DNA from: Octopus bimaculoides | Taxonomy: Eukaryota | Assembly (NCBI RefSeq): GCF_001194135.2 | Contig: NC_068999.1 | Coordinates: forward strand, 32,392,693-32,456,692 | DNA: 64,000 nucleotides | Direction of reading: 5' to 3' | Shown: in pieces, positions 10,241-22,750 of the stretch | Layout of the letters: each line of letters starts with the position of its first letter | How positions within the stretch are numbered: the first letter of the stretch is position 1 | Program-made: the position numbers and the translations under genes | The notes under the pieces: generated by a model | Told to the model about the DNA's origin: nothing | The model's database searches: none | Seen by the model: the letters and a program-made list of their open reading frames with translations, nothing else

Positions 10241-11334
10241 AAATAATATATTCAGTGCATCCATATATTTCCAACTGCATAAACACACAACACTGAAATG
10301 AAATGCAAAAAAAGGAATCCCTTAGGTAACAGCAGACCCTCCAAATGTTCAAACTTTTTGCTATTTAACAATATTCGAACAAAATCAACCTAATAATCTT
10401 TGATACCTGAAAGAACAAATATCTAATAAACGTTGTTTCTATTGAAGGTCTGAAGAAATACACTCATATCTGTATATAATGCAAATGTCATGATTTTGCA
10501 TTGCATTTAACTAAGAAGAGATATTTATGTAAGTTTTGATAAAAGCTGCAGATTATCAGCTTCATATTGCAGCTCATTAACAAACAAGGGTCATACTTAT
10601 TACTGAGCAAACTTCCATCATGTATGTGTATCTGTGATTGCGCATACACACGTCTAAGTGACAGTTTGGAAAAGTTAGGGTTTTCAGAAAAAAGAAACCA
10701 ACAAGCTAACATGCACATTACAAATACAATCTGTATGCAAAACTTTTCAAGTTCAATGTGATGATTTATTTTTGTTCTCTACTTTCCAACAATGGAGTTT
10801 TATATCTTTGATAGAAACCACTTCCTTCCGTGCAGGAAGACTTGAAATAATTAAACATACACACATATATGAATTGAATTCTGTCTCGTGACTCAAGTTT
10901 CATGTCACTGCGTCCTAATTATATCTACATCTACTATATGTATTGAATTAACTATCCAGACATTGAATTCTCAAAGTATCATGTGTTACATATACAATCA
11001 TAAGTGGAGAAAGTGAGGTCATACACATCTGATTTATAGTAATATGGTATTGCTTGTTATTTGTAAAATAAATCGAACACAAGAGAAAAAAGAACAAAAA
11101 AAAAAAAACAGAACAGCGAAAACTAAGTGTAATATATGCACTCTCATAACATGTCTCAGAGAATGAATGTACATGAATTAAAATATAAAGCTGCTCCACA
11201 TCGTTAAAGGACTAAATATTGAATCCCTTTTTCTTAACACATACTCACTCTTAGACATACACAAGGGCGTAATTTTCTTAACCATTATTCATTCCTATCC
11301 CTATTCCATAATTTTCAATAACCTGTTTCTTTCA

Positions 11335-11520
11335 TTCCTTGTTAAGTTCAGGTCAGATCAGTTTGAGAAGACACAAGACGTTCCTCCTATGACCATCACA
11401 CCATTTTTTATATCTAGGAGTACATTATCTCACGTGCCTTTTCAAAACAGGGTTGGATGACATTTGAGAGAGACTTGACTGATGTTACTAGCATGACGAT
11501 CGACCACATAGCAGCTCCAT
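11335..11520 (-). mobile_element. SINE-like repeat, family D
   Basis: The reverse complement (gctagtaacatcagtcaagtctctctcaaat...gataatgtactcctagat...gatggtcat...ctgacctg) is homologous to the copies at 44160-44340 and 44480-44645. Confidence 0.55.
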
Positions 11521-11718
11521 CGCAATCTATGTGCTGTCTGCTTTTATTAATCGATCTGTCTCTCTCTATGTAGTCATCACTTCAGCTACTTTTGTCAGCG
11601 ACAATATTTAAGTGTGTATGTGTGAGAGGAAGACAGAAAAAGAGAGACAGGGAGGGAGAAAGAGAGAGTGAGCGTGAGAGAGAGAACGACCACGTGATAA
11701 CCGACATTATAGTTACTG

Positions 11719-11732
11719 CATGGCGCCATGTT
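11719..11732. promoter_or_regulatory. YY1-type motif in a 12-bp palindrome within a CpG-retaining patch
   Basis: CATGGCGCCATG is a perfect palindrome (11719-11730), and CGCCATGTT (11724-11732) matches the YY1 consensus CGCCATNTT. It lies about 1.9 kb upstream of the putative dlg1 ATG. Confidence 0.4.
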
Positions 11733-11976
11733 TTGGCCTATTACTTGAGGCCGCTTCTATCAACAAAAACACGCATTACCCTTTCCTTACACAACACCAC
11801 ACTTTCTTTCTAATGCGGTCAATGCCATACTGCGACAAGACAATCACATTGCACATACATACATTTATATATACATTTATGTGTGGCTCTGTTTATATAC
11901 ATATATATAAATAAATATATATATATTATATTATATATATGTATATATATTATATATATGTATATATATTATATAT

Positions 11977-12018
<42 letters not shown>

Positions 12019-13662
12019 AACACACGAGTGTGTGCGTGCAATAGCGAGGGAGAGAGAGAGACAGACCGATATACTCGAATACGCAACTTGGCCTCCTACG
12101 TCGCTAAAAATTATAACGTTTTGACCGCATTTTCACTTTGCGATGTCCACTTTATATGGAGAGCATCGATGTTTGTTAAATATTATAATTATTGTTATTG
12201 CTAATTAAATGCTGTTCACAATTAAACAACTATAACTTTTAAAGGTGTAAATCTTGAGCTTTATGTCACCAAACAATATTTTGTTAAATTTATTTTTCTT
12301 TCGAAGAAATCAAAACATTTCATTAAAGAAAGCGTATATATTTTCTGGTATTGTGTCATTGTATACAGATATATGTGTGTATAAATAGTTTAAAGAAGGA
12401 AAATCAAGTGAAATATTGTATGAATAAGGAAACGAGGCCTGGATTAATGAATGAATGGGCAGATGATTGAGAGATATACGGGTAGACATAAATAAATGTA
12501 TCTGTTGTTATACATACATTTGAATAAATAAATTGATGGGTATATAGATGTAGTTATGCCGATATTTTAATACATAGGTAGGTAGATTTATATAACCATT
12601 GATAATAAGGTAAAAGAAGGCGAGAAAGGAACAAAAGTCAGTATGTGGTGGGGGTTGTGTATCGGTATCTGCTCTTGATCGGATAACATATTTTACAGTG
12701 TAATTTGTTTCAATTTTGAACTGATCCTGTTCACAAGTTGTAAACGAAGAATATACAATAAATATAACAGTCTGTTAGTGTCATTTTTGTTCGTACGAAC
12801 AACACAATATATATATATATATATATATACACAACAGTTTACTAGATGTTCCTTGCAGTGATAGGTTATCCTTTTCCCACCTTTAATTCTTCTGTCCCCA
12901 TACCCCAAATTTCACTTTTTCACATCTAAACACAATCTGTTACTTCACTCAAACTTTCCTTCTTTCACTCCTCTTTCTCTTTCTATCCGTCTTCCCTCCC
13001 ATTATCTTGTTTCGCTTTTTATCTTTCATTTTCTTTCTCTCACTCAGTCTTACACACCGTGTGTGTGTATCACGACATATTTTTCTTTCTATATCAATAT
13101 ATTATTCCATGTATCTATCTGTCTGTCTGTCTCTCTCTCTCTATATATTATGTGTAAATGTCTTCTGCTCTTTATTTCCCCTTTTAATTCCCTCCTCCCT
13201 CTCTAAGTTGCTTTTCCCCTCTATTACATTCCACCTCCCTTCCTTTCTATATCTCTTTATCTTTCTATTTTTCTCTTCCTCTGCCTGTTCCCTCTCTTTC
13301 CTGCTACTCCGTTGTCTTGGTGTCACCAAACCTACCTTCGACCCGCTTCAACGAGACTGCGACTATTACTACCACCACCGTCACCACTACAAGGATTACA
13401 AACCTCAAACCGGAGCTTCTGTACATATCACACACCACTCTCACATACATATATATATCAATCTATATATATATATACATCTATCTATATGTATATACTC
13501 ACCCCTTAACATATAGATATTTCGCTGATCGTTGGCAAAAATATAAAAAGAAGGAAAGAAAAAAAAAACCTTTGAACGCCACCGCCGCCACCACCTCTGC
13601 TAGTATTACTAATTAAGGGAAGCAGTTAGTGTGGACGGATCTAACTATAATTGAGGAACAAC

Positions 13663-13681
13663 ATGCCCGTACGCAAGCAAG
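13663..13681 (+). CDS. dlg1: First coding exon of a Discs large 1 (SAP97/DlgS97-type, L27 domain) MAGUK gene
   Basis: aacaacATGCCCGTACGCAAGCAAG|GTCAGT encodes MPVRKQ plus one base, with a good start context and a phase-1 GT donor. Human DLG1 begins MPVRKQDTQRALHLL and fly DlgS97 begins MPVKKQEAHRALELL. As I recall, the human first coding exon is also 19 nt. The flanks retain CpG. Only 6 residues are visible. Confidence 0.72.
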
Positions 13682-14131
13682 GTCAGTATTCCTGGACATT
13701 TCAGCCAAATTATTAACTACGTTCATATTTACCTTCTCCTCCCCATGTCTTCTTACCAGCAGTTTTACTACAACCAACGGGATTATTATTATTATTATAC
13801 CCTCTCACCTATTGCTGGTTAAAGGTATCTTTTATTGAAAGAAAAAAACAAAAAAAAATTTCGTGTAATTTACTTCCACAAAACATTTTCCTTTTCAAAT
13901 GTATTTACTCAGTTTTTATGCATACATTTACATATTAATTATTATTATTATTAATAATATACAATATTTATATATCGATGTATGTACACATTTTTGTTTA
14001 TTATGAACTGCATTCGCACATTTATAGATTATACACACACATTTATACATACCTCTATTTGTTTATTACGATTCAACATGTATTATCCAATATAACCCCT
14101 CACACACCTATTTGTTTATTCTGTTATGCAA

Positions 14132-14176
<45 letters not shown>

Positions 14177-14992
14177 ACTTATATTTATTTAAATGTTTAC
14201 AATAATGCACACTAAATTGTAAATTCACATATCACGTATCTATATATTCTTGTATACGTATTTTGAGGTACGCACACACGTCTACACACAGACACTTTAG
14301 CATTTTTATATGCACGCATCTGCTTATATATATATATATATATATATATATTCATATTTACATACATTGACACTTATATATACGCTTACTTTGCCTAGAT
14401 ATTCATTTTGCTTTCAGATTCACATACGTGTTCGTTTTCTGCATAAATACTCACAAATATACATTTTCAGAACATGCATGTATAACGTACACATTTTACA
14501 CACACATATACGTGCATGGTTGCCTTGTTATCTTAAATACGTATATATATATAGACACATTTATATCATTGTGCCACACCTTCTCCGGACGTCACACCCC
14601 CATACCCCCCACGAATCAACCCCTTTTCACTTTATTAAAACTCCTGTCCTCCTTTTTGCCACTCTACATACCGATACGTGATGAATGCATGTCGTGTGTA
14701 TGTTAGTTGTGTATACGTGTTGTGTACATTTAGGAATCTGTCATTATATGTACACGTATGCGCGTCTATATACATGTATATAAGTATATATCGACATAGT
14801 GCCGCTATTTGATTTAGACCATCATTTCTAGGATACCTTGTGGTATTTGTTCTGTCCCTATTTTCTCAGTTCGCCTGCGACAGCACTGATGCCAAGCTGT
14901 ATTGGTTCTTTCCTTTCTTCTTGGACAACATCTGTGGTGTAAAAAAGAAAAACTTTCTGCATAGGCAACAGCTGGTTTTTCCTAAAAATCCT

Positions 14993-15081
14993 GGCGGAGG
15001 TAAAGAATACGCACAGCACCCGTTTTCGGCGTAACCCTAACCTCCGAAAACGGGTGGTGTGCGTGTTTCTTTACCTTCGCC
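14993..15081. mobile_element. 89-bp palindromic MITE with 8-bp TSD (Merlin-like ends)
   Basis: Arms 14993-15029 and 15044-15081 differ by 3 substitutions and 1 indel. The TSD AAAATCCT is at 14985-14992 and 15082-15089. Termini are GG...CC. Confidence 0.8.
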
Positions 15082-15863
15082 AAAATCCTTTTTTACCAAG
15101 TGATGAAACATTTCCAATCCTGACTACCGGAGACATTTATCTATCTATCTCTTTCACTACAGTTCAACTGGGTACTTCACAGACTTCCGTTTCCCGAGTG
15201 TGTTCTGTGAGGCATAGCGAAACTCATTGAATAAAAATGTGTCACACTAGTCACTCTTGTCCCCGAATCTTTGGACAGTGTAAATCGACTAATGCAATTT
15301 AAAAGGATTCATCGTTAATTTGAAACAAAGACCTGCTTGTAGAGAAACATGTTTAAACCTACCTCAATGAAATCTAAGTGTATCTTCATAAAGAAAAAAA
15401 GTATATAGCTTCATTTTAAGATTTTTATTGATTGCGGAGCCAAGAAGGGTTACGTCCATGCTAGTCTGACTTCAACCGAAATCTAGTGATATGCCGAATT
15501 ATAATCAAGTAACCTGACATCTGTAGAAGGAAATGGGAACTTGTGATGTTTATGCTTTTTCCAATAGCTTACATGGAAGTCAGATACAAGTAAAAATGTG
15601 ATAGCTACAGCTGTGAATCGAATGCAAATTGTTGGCTTCCCTGCAACACTTAGTTGTGTATCATAAAAGAGAAAAGAACCTAAATCTATCTCAACATAGA
15701 CCTACATAACAAACACAGTCGGGTGTAAGCAACATACACGCGCATGCAGTGTACTTTACACTGGCACACATTTTGTATTTTAATCCTGTATACATATACT
15801 CAAGTGCAGATACACATGCAGGAAGAATACCTTACATGCACGCATTCATACATTCATATATAA

Positions 15864-15916
<53 letters not shown>

Positions 15917-17148
15917 TGCAGACCGACTGTCGCATATACAGTATACCTTAGAATCTGAGGGAATTAGTGATGCTTGGCATCGGTACAAATACAAATAATT
16001 CATACAGAATTTATTTCTCAACACCAGTTGACAGTTTTATCTCTTCAACGAATGGCTTCTACCTTGAAACATTAAATTTCTCTTCTTCCTCACGACATAA
16101 AACTTACTCGACAGTTCGAATTATTTGTATTATTACCTGACATCGAGTTTGTGTAATCTCTTCCTCAAACGAAGTAGACAATGTTTGAGAAAGATTAAAG
16201 ATACTGGTACATTTAGCCTGATCTCCTTTGCTTTTTAATAGTAGTATGTGGTGAAAGGAGGGCAGGCAGTGTAGCTATGTGCTGGTCAGCGTTTCTCTCC
16301 CTCCCTATCTCCTGCTTTAGGGTCGCATTATACCTTATTGCTTACTGCTTGTATCACTAGACGATCACATACTTCAGTAGCAACAATAGTGACACAGTAG
16401 TAAGTAGCCTGTTCTCCTCCTCCCTTCTCTTCTTTCATCTCTCTCTCTCTCTCTCCCACAGCCAACTTCACCAACTCAGTCATGTGGAGATATCGTAGAA
16501 CCTTTGAACCACTTCTCTGTCTTTCTCCTCTCTCTCATACAACCACGTACACACACATTACCTCACTCCCTTTCATGTACTTGTATATACATACGCTCTC
16601 TCCCTCTAATATGCAGTTGCACACACATACTTCTCATTATACACACATGCACACACACTTTGTCTTGCTCTCTAACCTTTCGTCACACACATAAAACATA
16701 CTTTAATAGACATACATTCTGTCTTTTCCTACTTCTCACTTCATCTCTCCTCGCATTCCTCCTCCACTCAAACAGGTACGCCAATCCACATATAAATACT
16801 CTTCTTTCTCTTACATTCTCTCCTTCAATATTCCTTGCTCCCCTCTCACATTCTGTTTCTCTCTCTCTGTTTTCTCAATTTTCCGCACTGTCATGGTTTG
16901 AATGGATTTACAAATTTTTACATTTGTATAAGAATCGTTGAGCAAATTATGCTCCACTTGGAATTTCCTGTCGTTACTAACCACTGAAGTGTAAAGTAAA
17001 TCTCTTAGCTTGAAGGCACACCACAATAGATGTAGCAAGCTTTGAACTCCTGCCTTCTAGTGTATTTATTATTTTTTCATTGACCTCAGAGACAGGTTGA
17101 AGAAAGGGATGCTACCATTCTCAAACCGGATTCTTGTCTTGAATGTTT

Positions 17149-17187
<39 letters not shown>

Positions 17188-17616
17188 AGATGAATCCAAG
17201 GTGTTCAAATGCCAAGATGGAACGGATAAAGGCCTATTATGTGTGTTGATATTTCACTTAAACTAATTCAGTATCATTAATATTGCAATACACGTATATG
17301 TGATATTTAACATTTATTTCTTAGGCTTCAGACGTTTAAATTTACAGAGAAGATTTGATTGTCACGCTTTCCTCAAGGGCATTAATGACAAAACATACCT
17401 TAACAATATGCATACACACAATGTAATTTCTTATTTGTTTGTACACACACAAAGTTATTTTAAATACAAAACAGATCTGACGTTGAAGTTTCGCCTGTAA
17501 CGACCCATCAGATATTTTGAACGATACTTGGAGCTCATTTACTTCGTATATCTGTCTAATAAAATATTTTGGCTCTACTTAAAGAAAAGTTAACTTCGTG
17601 TGTGTGTCTGTGTATG

Positions 17617-17671
<55 letters not shown>

Positions 17672-17699
17672 CGGCGTTTTAGTGTCCTCATATCCATCC

Positions 17700-18570
17700 T
17701 TGTGCATGGGCCAGACAAAGATTCGTTGAGGCAGATTTTTTACTCCCAGCCGCCAAGCCTCACCTATTTCCAAGTGAAGGAATATTTCTTTGAACGTGAA
17801 CAACACCATAGTTACTTGTTTTCACGGAAGATTGTAAATGAACGACACCATTGGTATGATGGTGTCATTGTTTACAATTGATATGTGATATCAAGACAAG
17901 AGGACACGAACATGTACATATACACTTAAGTATTGAGCAGCAAACACACACACAACAAATAAGTTTAGGTGATGTTGATGGTCTTTTGTGTTTTTCTCAA
18001 TGGCCAGGTTAATTCTTTCAGGCTGCACCTGATTTGGTTTCGGCATATGATCTTTGATCAAAATATTTGCAATACAAATACATCTGTTATAGATAACAGG
18101 TTTCGTTTAGTTTCCGTTTACAAAATATTCTCACAATACTTTAAGCTGGCACAGGATGCCATGTGGTGGAACTGAACCCAAGGTTATGTAGCCATAAAGT
18201 GGCCTGTGCCCTATACACATACACACAAATTTACATTCATGTTATCATTTTAGCATTCAGATAGTTTTGTTTGTGTGACTGAGACAAAATTTGTTGAGAC
18301 AGATTTTCTCCATCCAGATGCCAACTCTTACCTGTTTTCCAAGTAAAGTAAGATTTCCTTTAGTCCTAAACACACTCATGTGCACATTGCAGGCAGTTGA
18401 ATATATATATAATCATCATTTAACATCCATTTTCCATGCTGGCATGGGTTGAACAGTTTGACCAGAGCTAGCAAGAAGGAGAGCTGCACCAGGTTCCAGT
18501 CTGATTTGGCTTACCATCTACAGTTGGATGCTCTTCGTAATGCCAGGTGCTTTTAACCTGGCAAACACAC
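17700..18570 (-). mobile_element. Cluster of SINE and RTE-tail fragments
   Basis: Recurring catttaacatccatttccatgctggcatgggttg (RTE tail, minus strand) at 18418, a SINE A piece at 18100-18210, and RTE-tailed SINE pieces at 17700-17900 and 18250-18400. Confidence 0.6.
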
Positions 18571-18927
18571 ACATAAAGTGGGAAGGGGACTGATAAAATA
18601 TTCAACTGGAGCTAGCAAGCCAGAAGACTGCTTGCTTTGTATGGTTTTCTACAGCTGGATGCCTTTTCTAATGTCAACCACTTTACAGAGTGTACTGGGT
18701 GCTTTTTATGTGGCACTGGTAGTAACTCGCAAGACACTACCCCCTCAGCTGAGGCAGTGGGAGGCAGTTTTAAGGGGAGATACATGGTTACCTCTGTTGA
18801 AAAAGAAAGAGGATGGCAGTGAAGATGTCAGGCTGTACCTTCAAGATACAGGAATGTGAGTATAATAGAAGTGGTATGGGATGGATAAGAGAAGTGGTAT
18901 GGGAATGTGGAAGGCAAGTGGCATATA

Positions 18928-19129
18928 CTCTTTTACTTGTTTCAGTCATTTGACTGGCCATGCTGGAGCACTGCCTTTAGTCGAGCAAATCGACCCCAGG
19001 GCTTATTCTTTGTAAGCCTAGTACTTATTCAATCGATCTCTTTTGCTGAACCACTAGGTTACAGGGATGTAAATGCACCAGCATCGGTTGTCAAGCGATG
19101 TTGAGACAAACGCAGACACACAAACATAT

Positions 19130-19209
<80 letters not shown>

Positions 19210-19369
19210 GACGGGCTTCTTTCAGTTTCCATCTACCAAATCCACTCACAAGGCTTTGGTTGGCCCAAGTCTGTAGAAGACACTTGCTGAAGGTGCCACG
19301 GAGTGGAACTGAACCCAGAACCATGTGGTTGGTAAGCAAGCTACTTACCACACAGCCACTCCTACACCT
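18928..19369 (-). mobile_element. Full-length SINE family A with internal (TA)n array
   Basis: Head ggtgtaggagtggctgtgtggtaagtagcttgcttaccaacc...gttcagttccac, body, internal (TA)n at about 19143-19204, and a 3' part ending gactgaaacaagtaaaagag. Confidence 0.9.
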
Positions 19370-19477
19370 ATAAATATCAAAAACGAAATTGATGAATAAC
19401 ATTAATTGATTTTTGAACCATATTGGGTTTTCATCAGAGGCATCCATGAAGGGATGGTTACATATATATATATATGT

Positions 19478-19640
19478 AGGTGTGACTTTTCAACCACATG
19501 CTTTCAGGTTCAGTCCCACTGTGTGGTGTCTTCTACTATAGATTTGGGCTAACCAAAGCCTTGTGAGTGGCTTTGGTAGACAGAAACTTAAAGAAACCTG
19601 TCATATATATATGTGTATGTGTGTGTCTTTGTCAGAGTTT
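19478..19640 (+). mobile_element. SINE family A, internally deleted, head-to-head with the preceding copy
   Basis: Reads caaccacatgctttcaggttcagtcccactg...gtcttctactatag...ggtagacagaaac. Confidence 0.75.
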
Positions 19641-21384
19641 ACATCCTTGGAACTTAAAGGTGGTCTACACCAAAATTCGAAATCACAATATGGCTATGTC
19701 TGCTAGGGACTTGCCTCTCTTAATTTAGCATAAGCGGTGCTAGTCAGCACACTCTGTCACTTTTGTGACCGCTATTAATTTTGCCTTTAGGTTCTAATTG
19801 CTAATAAGCCACCCTTTTAATTTGTTGTATATTAAAATATATTTAGTCTTTAATTCAATAATACTTATTTGGAAGGCTGTGTTTTGCAATCTTTGAAGTA
19901 GGGTTCTGTTTTTTCTCTTTATAAAACACTAACATGTCCAATGTTTTAAAAACAGTACTGATTTTTGCTGACATAAACTGTAGCTACTTGTTTTGTGTTC
20001 TGTAAACTTATTCAGCAACTGCTATCACAGTTAACACCTCTATTGACTCTACACCTATGTTAACTCTCTATATTTTCCAATTACTACCTGGTCCTCATTT
20101 ATAGAAGATGTGGCTTGTTATGGTTTCAGGAAGGCTGCTGGAATTTGGGCAAGGGACAACAAAATCCCTATGAGGTTATGTATATGGAGTTGATTATCCA
20201 TAAGTCCCAGATGAAGAAAGCAATTTGTCTAATGTTAAAGTATCATAAAAGATTTTTAAAATCTGATCTACTTTATTACAGTTGTTAGTGATGTGTCAGG
20301 TATCCTCTTCATCTGATAATAAAATCTTCACTGTAACCTCATCAACAGGTCTAGCCATAGTGCTTATTTGCAAGGAGTGGGGACTCACGATAAAGATATA
20401 CCAGGCAACAATGAACCAGTCCAGTCCAGTCCAATCCAGTCCAGTCCATGGAAAAATGATTGCAAAACAATGTTCATTGGTTCATTTTTATGTCACCATA
20501 AATGAGATGACATTATTTAGATATTCTTTTACAGCTGAAGCCCCTTCTTGTTGATAATCCTTAAACTGTTTTTCACATAAAAGTGTTTTGCTCTAGTTTG
20601 TCTTTCAAAGCACAGAGCATATAGATGATCTCATGATAGAGAATATGATATCACCACCAGTGAGTTTTAGAGTAGCACCAATGTAAACAGACACACACAC
20701 ACACACACAGAGGATTGGCTTTGTGTGGTTTCCATCTACCAAACTCACTCGCATAATATTGGTTGGCTTGTGGCTATAGGTGAAGACACTGAAAGTGCTG
20801 TTCAGTGGAATTGAACCTGAAACCATGAGGTTGTGAAGCAAGTTTCTTAGCCATACAGCCATGCCTGTACCATATGTGTGTGTGTGTATACACACATACA
20901 CACACATTATGTTTATATATGTTGTTTAAACGTCTATCTTCCATGCTGCTATGGGTTGGAATGGATTGTATAATACAGCATTTCTCCATGTATGTTAAGT
21001 CTGTGTTATGACATCAGTGAGGACCAACCTTTTGATCTAATTCAACCCCTCAAGTTCTTTTCTGACCCACCTCTACCATGAATAGCTTCCACCATCAACT
21101 TATAGCATCCTGCACTTCATATATGTCATTCATTTACACTATATAGTTAGGCCAATACAACCATTGGCCAAGCCTTCTGTTCTTCAGCTGATTTCTTAAC
21201 ATACTCATTTATTCATCTCCCTCCTTCTTTATCTCTCTACATGAGTGCATAACTGTCTGACCCTCTCTAACATTTCATCCCCACCTCTCTCTCTCTTATA
21301 GTTATCATCTTAGCCCCTTCACCATTTTGAGGTATATATTTTAGGGACCTTGTCAGACCTTCTCACTGGCTATTTTGTTATTAA

Positions 21385-21584
21385 CCCTTTAGCAGCTCAA
21401 ATATTCTACCTGTTTTGTGTTCAAACCAGCTAGGTCTGGCTTCTCAAACCTCTCTGCAATATCACTCTAAAAATATACAAACACACCATTGAAATATCAA
21501 AGCTAAAAGATAATGCATGATTAATTCAAAATAATGTGAATAAATAAGAATTCCATTTGACAGAGTAATCTGAATGCTAAAGGG
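21385..21584. mobile_element. piggyBac-like MITE (TTAA TSD)
   Basis: TTAA|CCCTTTAGCA...TGCTAAAGGG|TTAA. A related copy in the opposite orientation lies at 36958-37165. Confidence 0.8.
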
Positions 21585-21706
21585 TTAACTTCCTTTAGTC
21601 ACACTCCAGGACAATCAGTTGTGGAGATCAAGCTAAAAAATGAAATTTACATCCAAGTCCTAGGAGGGTAGAGTTCACCTATCCAACCCATGCCAGAATG
21701 AAAATC

Positions 21707-21743
<37 letters not shown>

Positions 21744-21789
21744 CATTGCTGTACTGAAGAAAACTGTCTACCACAGCAAAATTGAGATC

Positions 21790-22032
21790 TTAAAAGCAAG
21801 GTACCATGTAAGAAGCATTAGTATGGGTGCTGGTGTGATGTAAGAAGCACTGGTGATGGTGCCATATAAGAAGCACTCGGTGCATCTGTAAAGTGGTTGG
21901 TATTAGGAAGGGCATCCAACTGTAGAAACCAAGCTAACACAGGCTATGGAACCTAGTGTGGCCCCTGGCCTTGCCAGTTCCTGTCAAACCATCCAACACA
22001 GAAAATGGGTATTAAATGTTGATTATGATGAT
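21790..22032 (+). mobile_element. RTE LINE 3' UTR fragment
   Basis: Tandem gtaagaagca units, then gtggttggtattaggaagggcatccaactgtagaaac...gttaaatgttgattatgatgat. Confidence 0.75.
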
Positions 22033-22045
22033 ATATACATTACAG

Positions 22046-22091
<46 letters not shown>

Positions 22092-22199
22092 CTGGCTTAT
22101 AACTTCAAGAGAATAAATCCATGTTTGTCTAACAGTGACAATATTGCACTTTCCACTGTTAATTCTACATAGACTATTAACACTTTGTTGAATTAATTA

Positions 22200-22750
22200 A
22201 TGCTATGTGTAATCTTATATTGTTTCATGAGGTGGAGGATATGCAATCCCTGGCAGTGATAAGGAAATTCCAAAGATTGGGTTGGTTGAAGAAAAAAGTA
22301 TTGGGTATTGAGGGTTCTAAGGGTTCCCAAGGGAGAAGGGACACACAATGAGTAGCAAGGAAGAGATTTCTGTTGTGGAGATAGTTAACTCTGAAGAACA
22401 GAACTTGTTGTAGGAGGAGGAGTTGTAAGTAGAAAAAGCATTGTGAAGAGACACTGCATATTTATGTTAGGGGTCATAGTGTAAAGTTCACCTTCCTAAT
22501 GAATTTGATGTAAAATAATGTATGTTTGTGTCTGCAACAGCATGTTATAAAATGTGGGAATGATATTCCATTATGGGTCTGACTTTGTTGAAAGTCACCA
22601 GCTGTTCAGAGCTAATGTATTTTCTGCTCTTGTTATATAATTTATGTAATTCTCTAAAACCATATGATTTATTCAGGATGTATAAGACAAATAAGAGTAT
22701 ATTAAATGAGATGAATTCTTGAGTTATTGTAATTATCTTATCTTCCAAAA
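22200..22750 (-). mobile_element. Old CR1/L2-group LINE ORF C-terminal fragment
   Basis: The minus strand reads SRKYISSEQLVTFNK-VRPIMEYHSHI and, downstream, FCSSEL...NTFF-like segments typical of CR1/L2/Daphne-type RT tails. Confidence 0.6.

Noticed and set aside
10760-10842. Possible minus-strand terminal exon (LPARKEVVSIKDIKLHCWKVENKNKSSH* or SSCTEGSGFYQRYKTPLLESREQK*)
   Set aside because: The AAG acceptor is weak, two frames are equally plausible, and there is no homology and no upstream exon.
11720-11914. ORF starting at ATGGCG (MAPCFGLLL...) and its minus-strand mirror
   Set aside because: It runs into microsatellite and has no donor site. The ATGGCG is better explained as a YY1 motif.
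17151-17184. Poly(A) run of about 34 nt
   Set aside because: No TSD or recognisable upstream retrocopy is present, so it is treated as a simple homopolymer.
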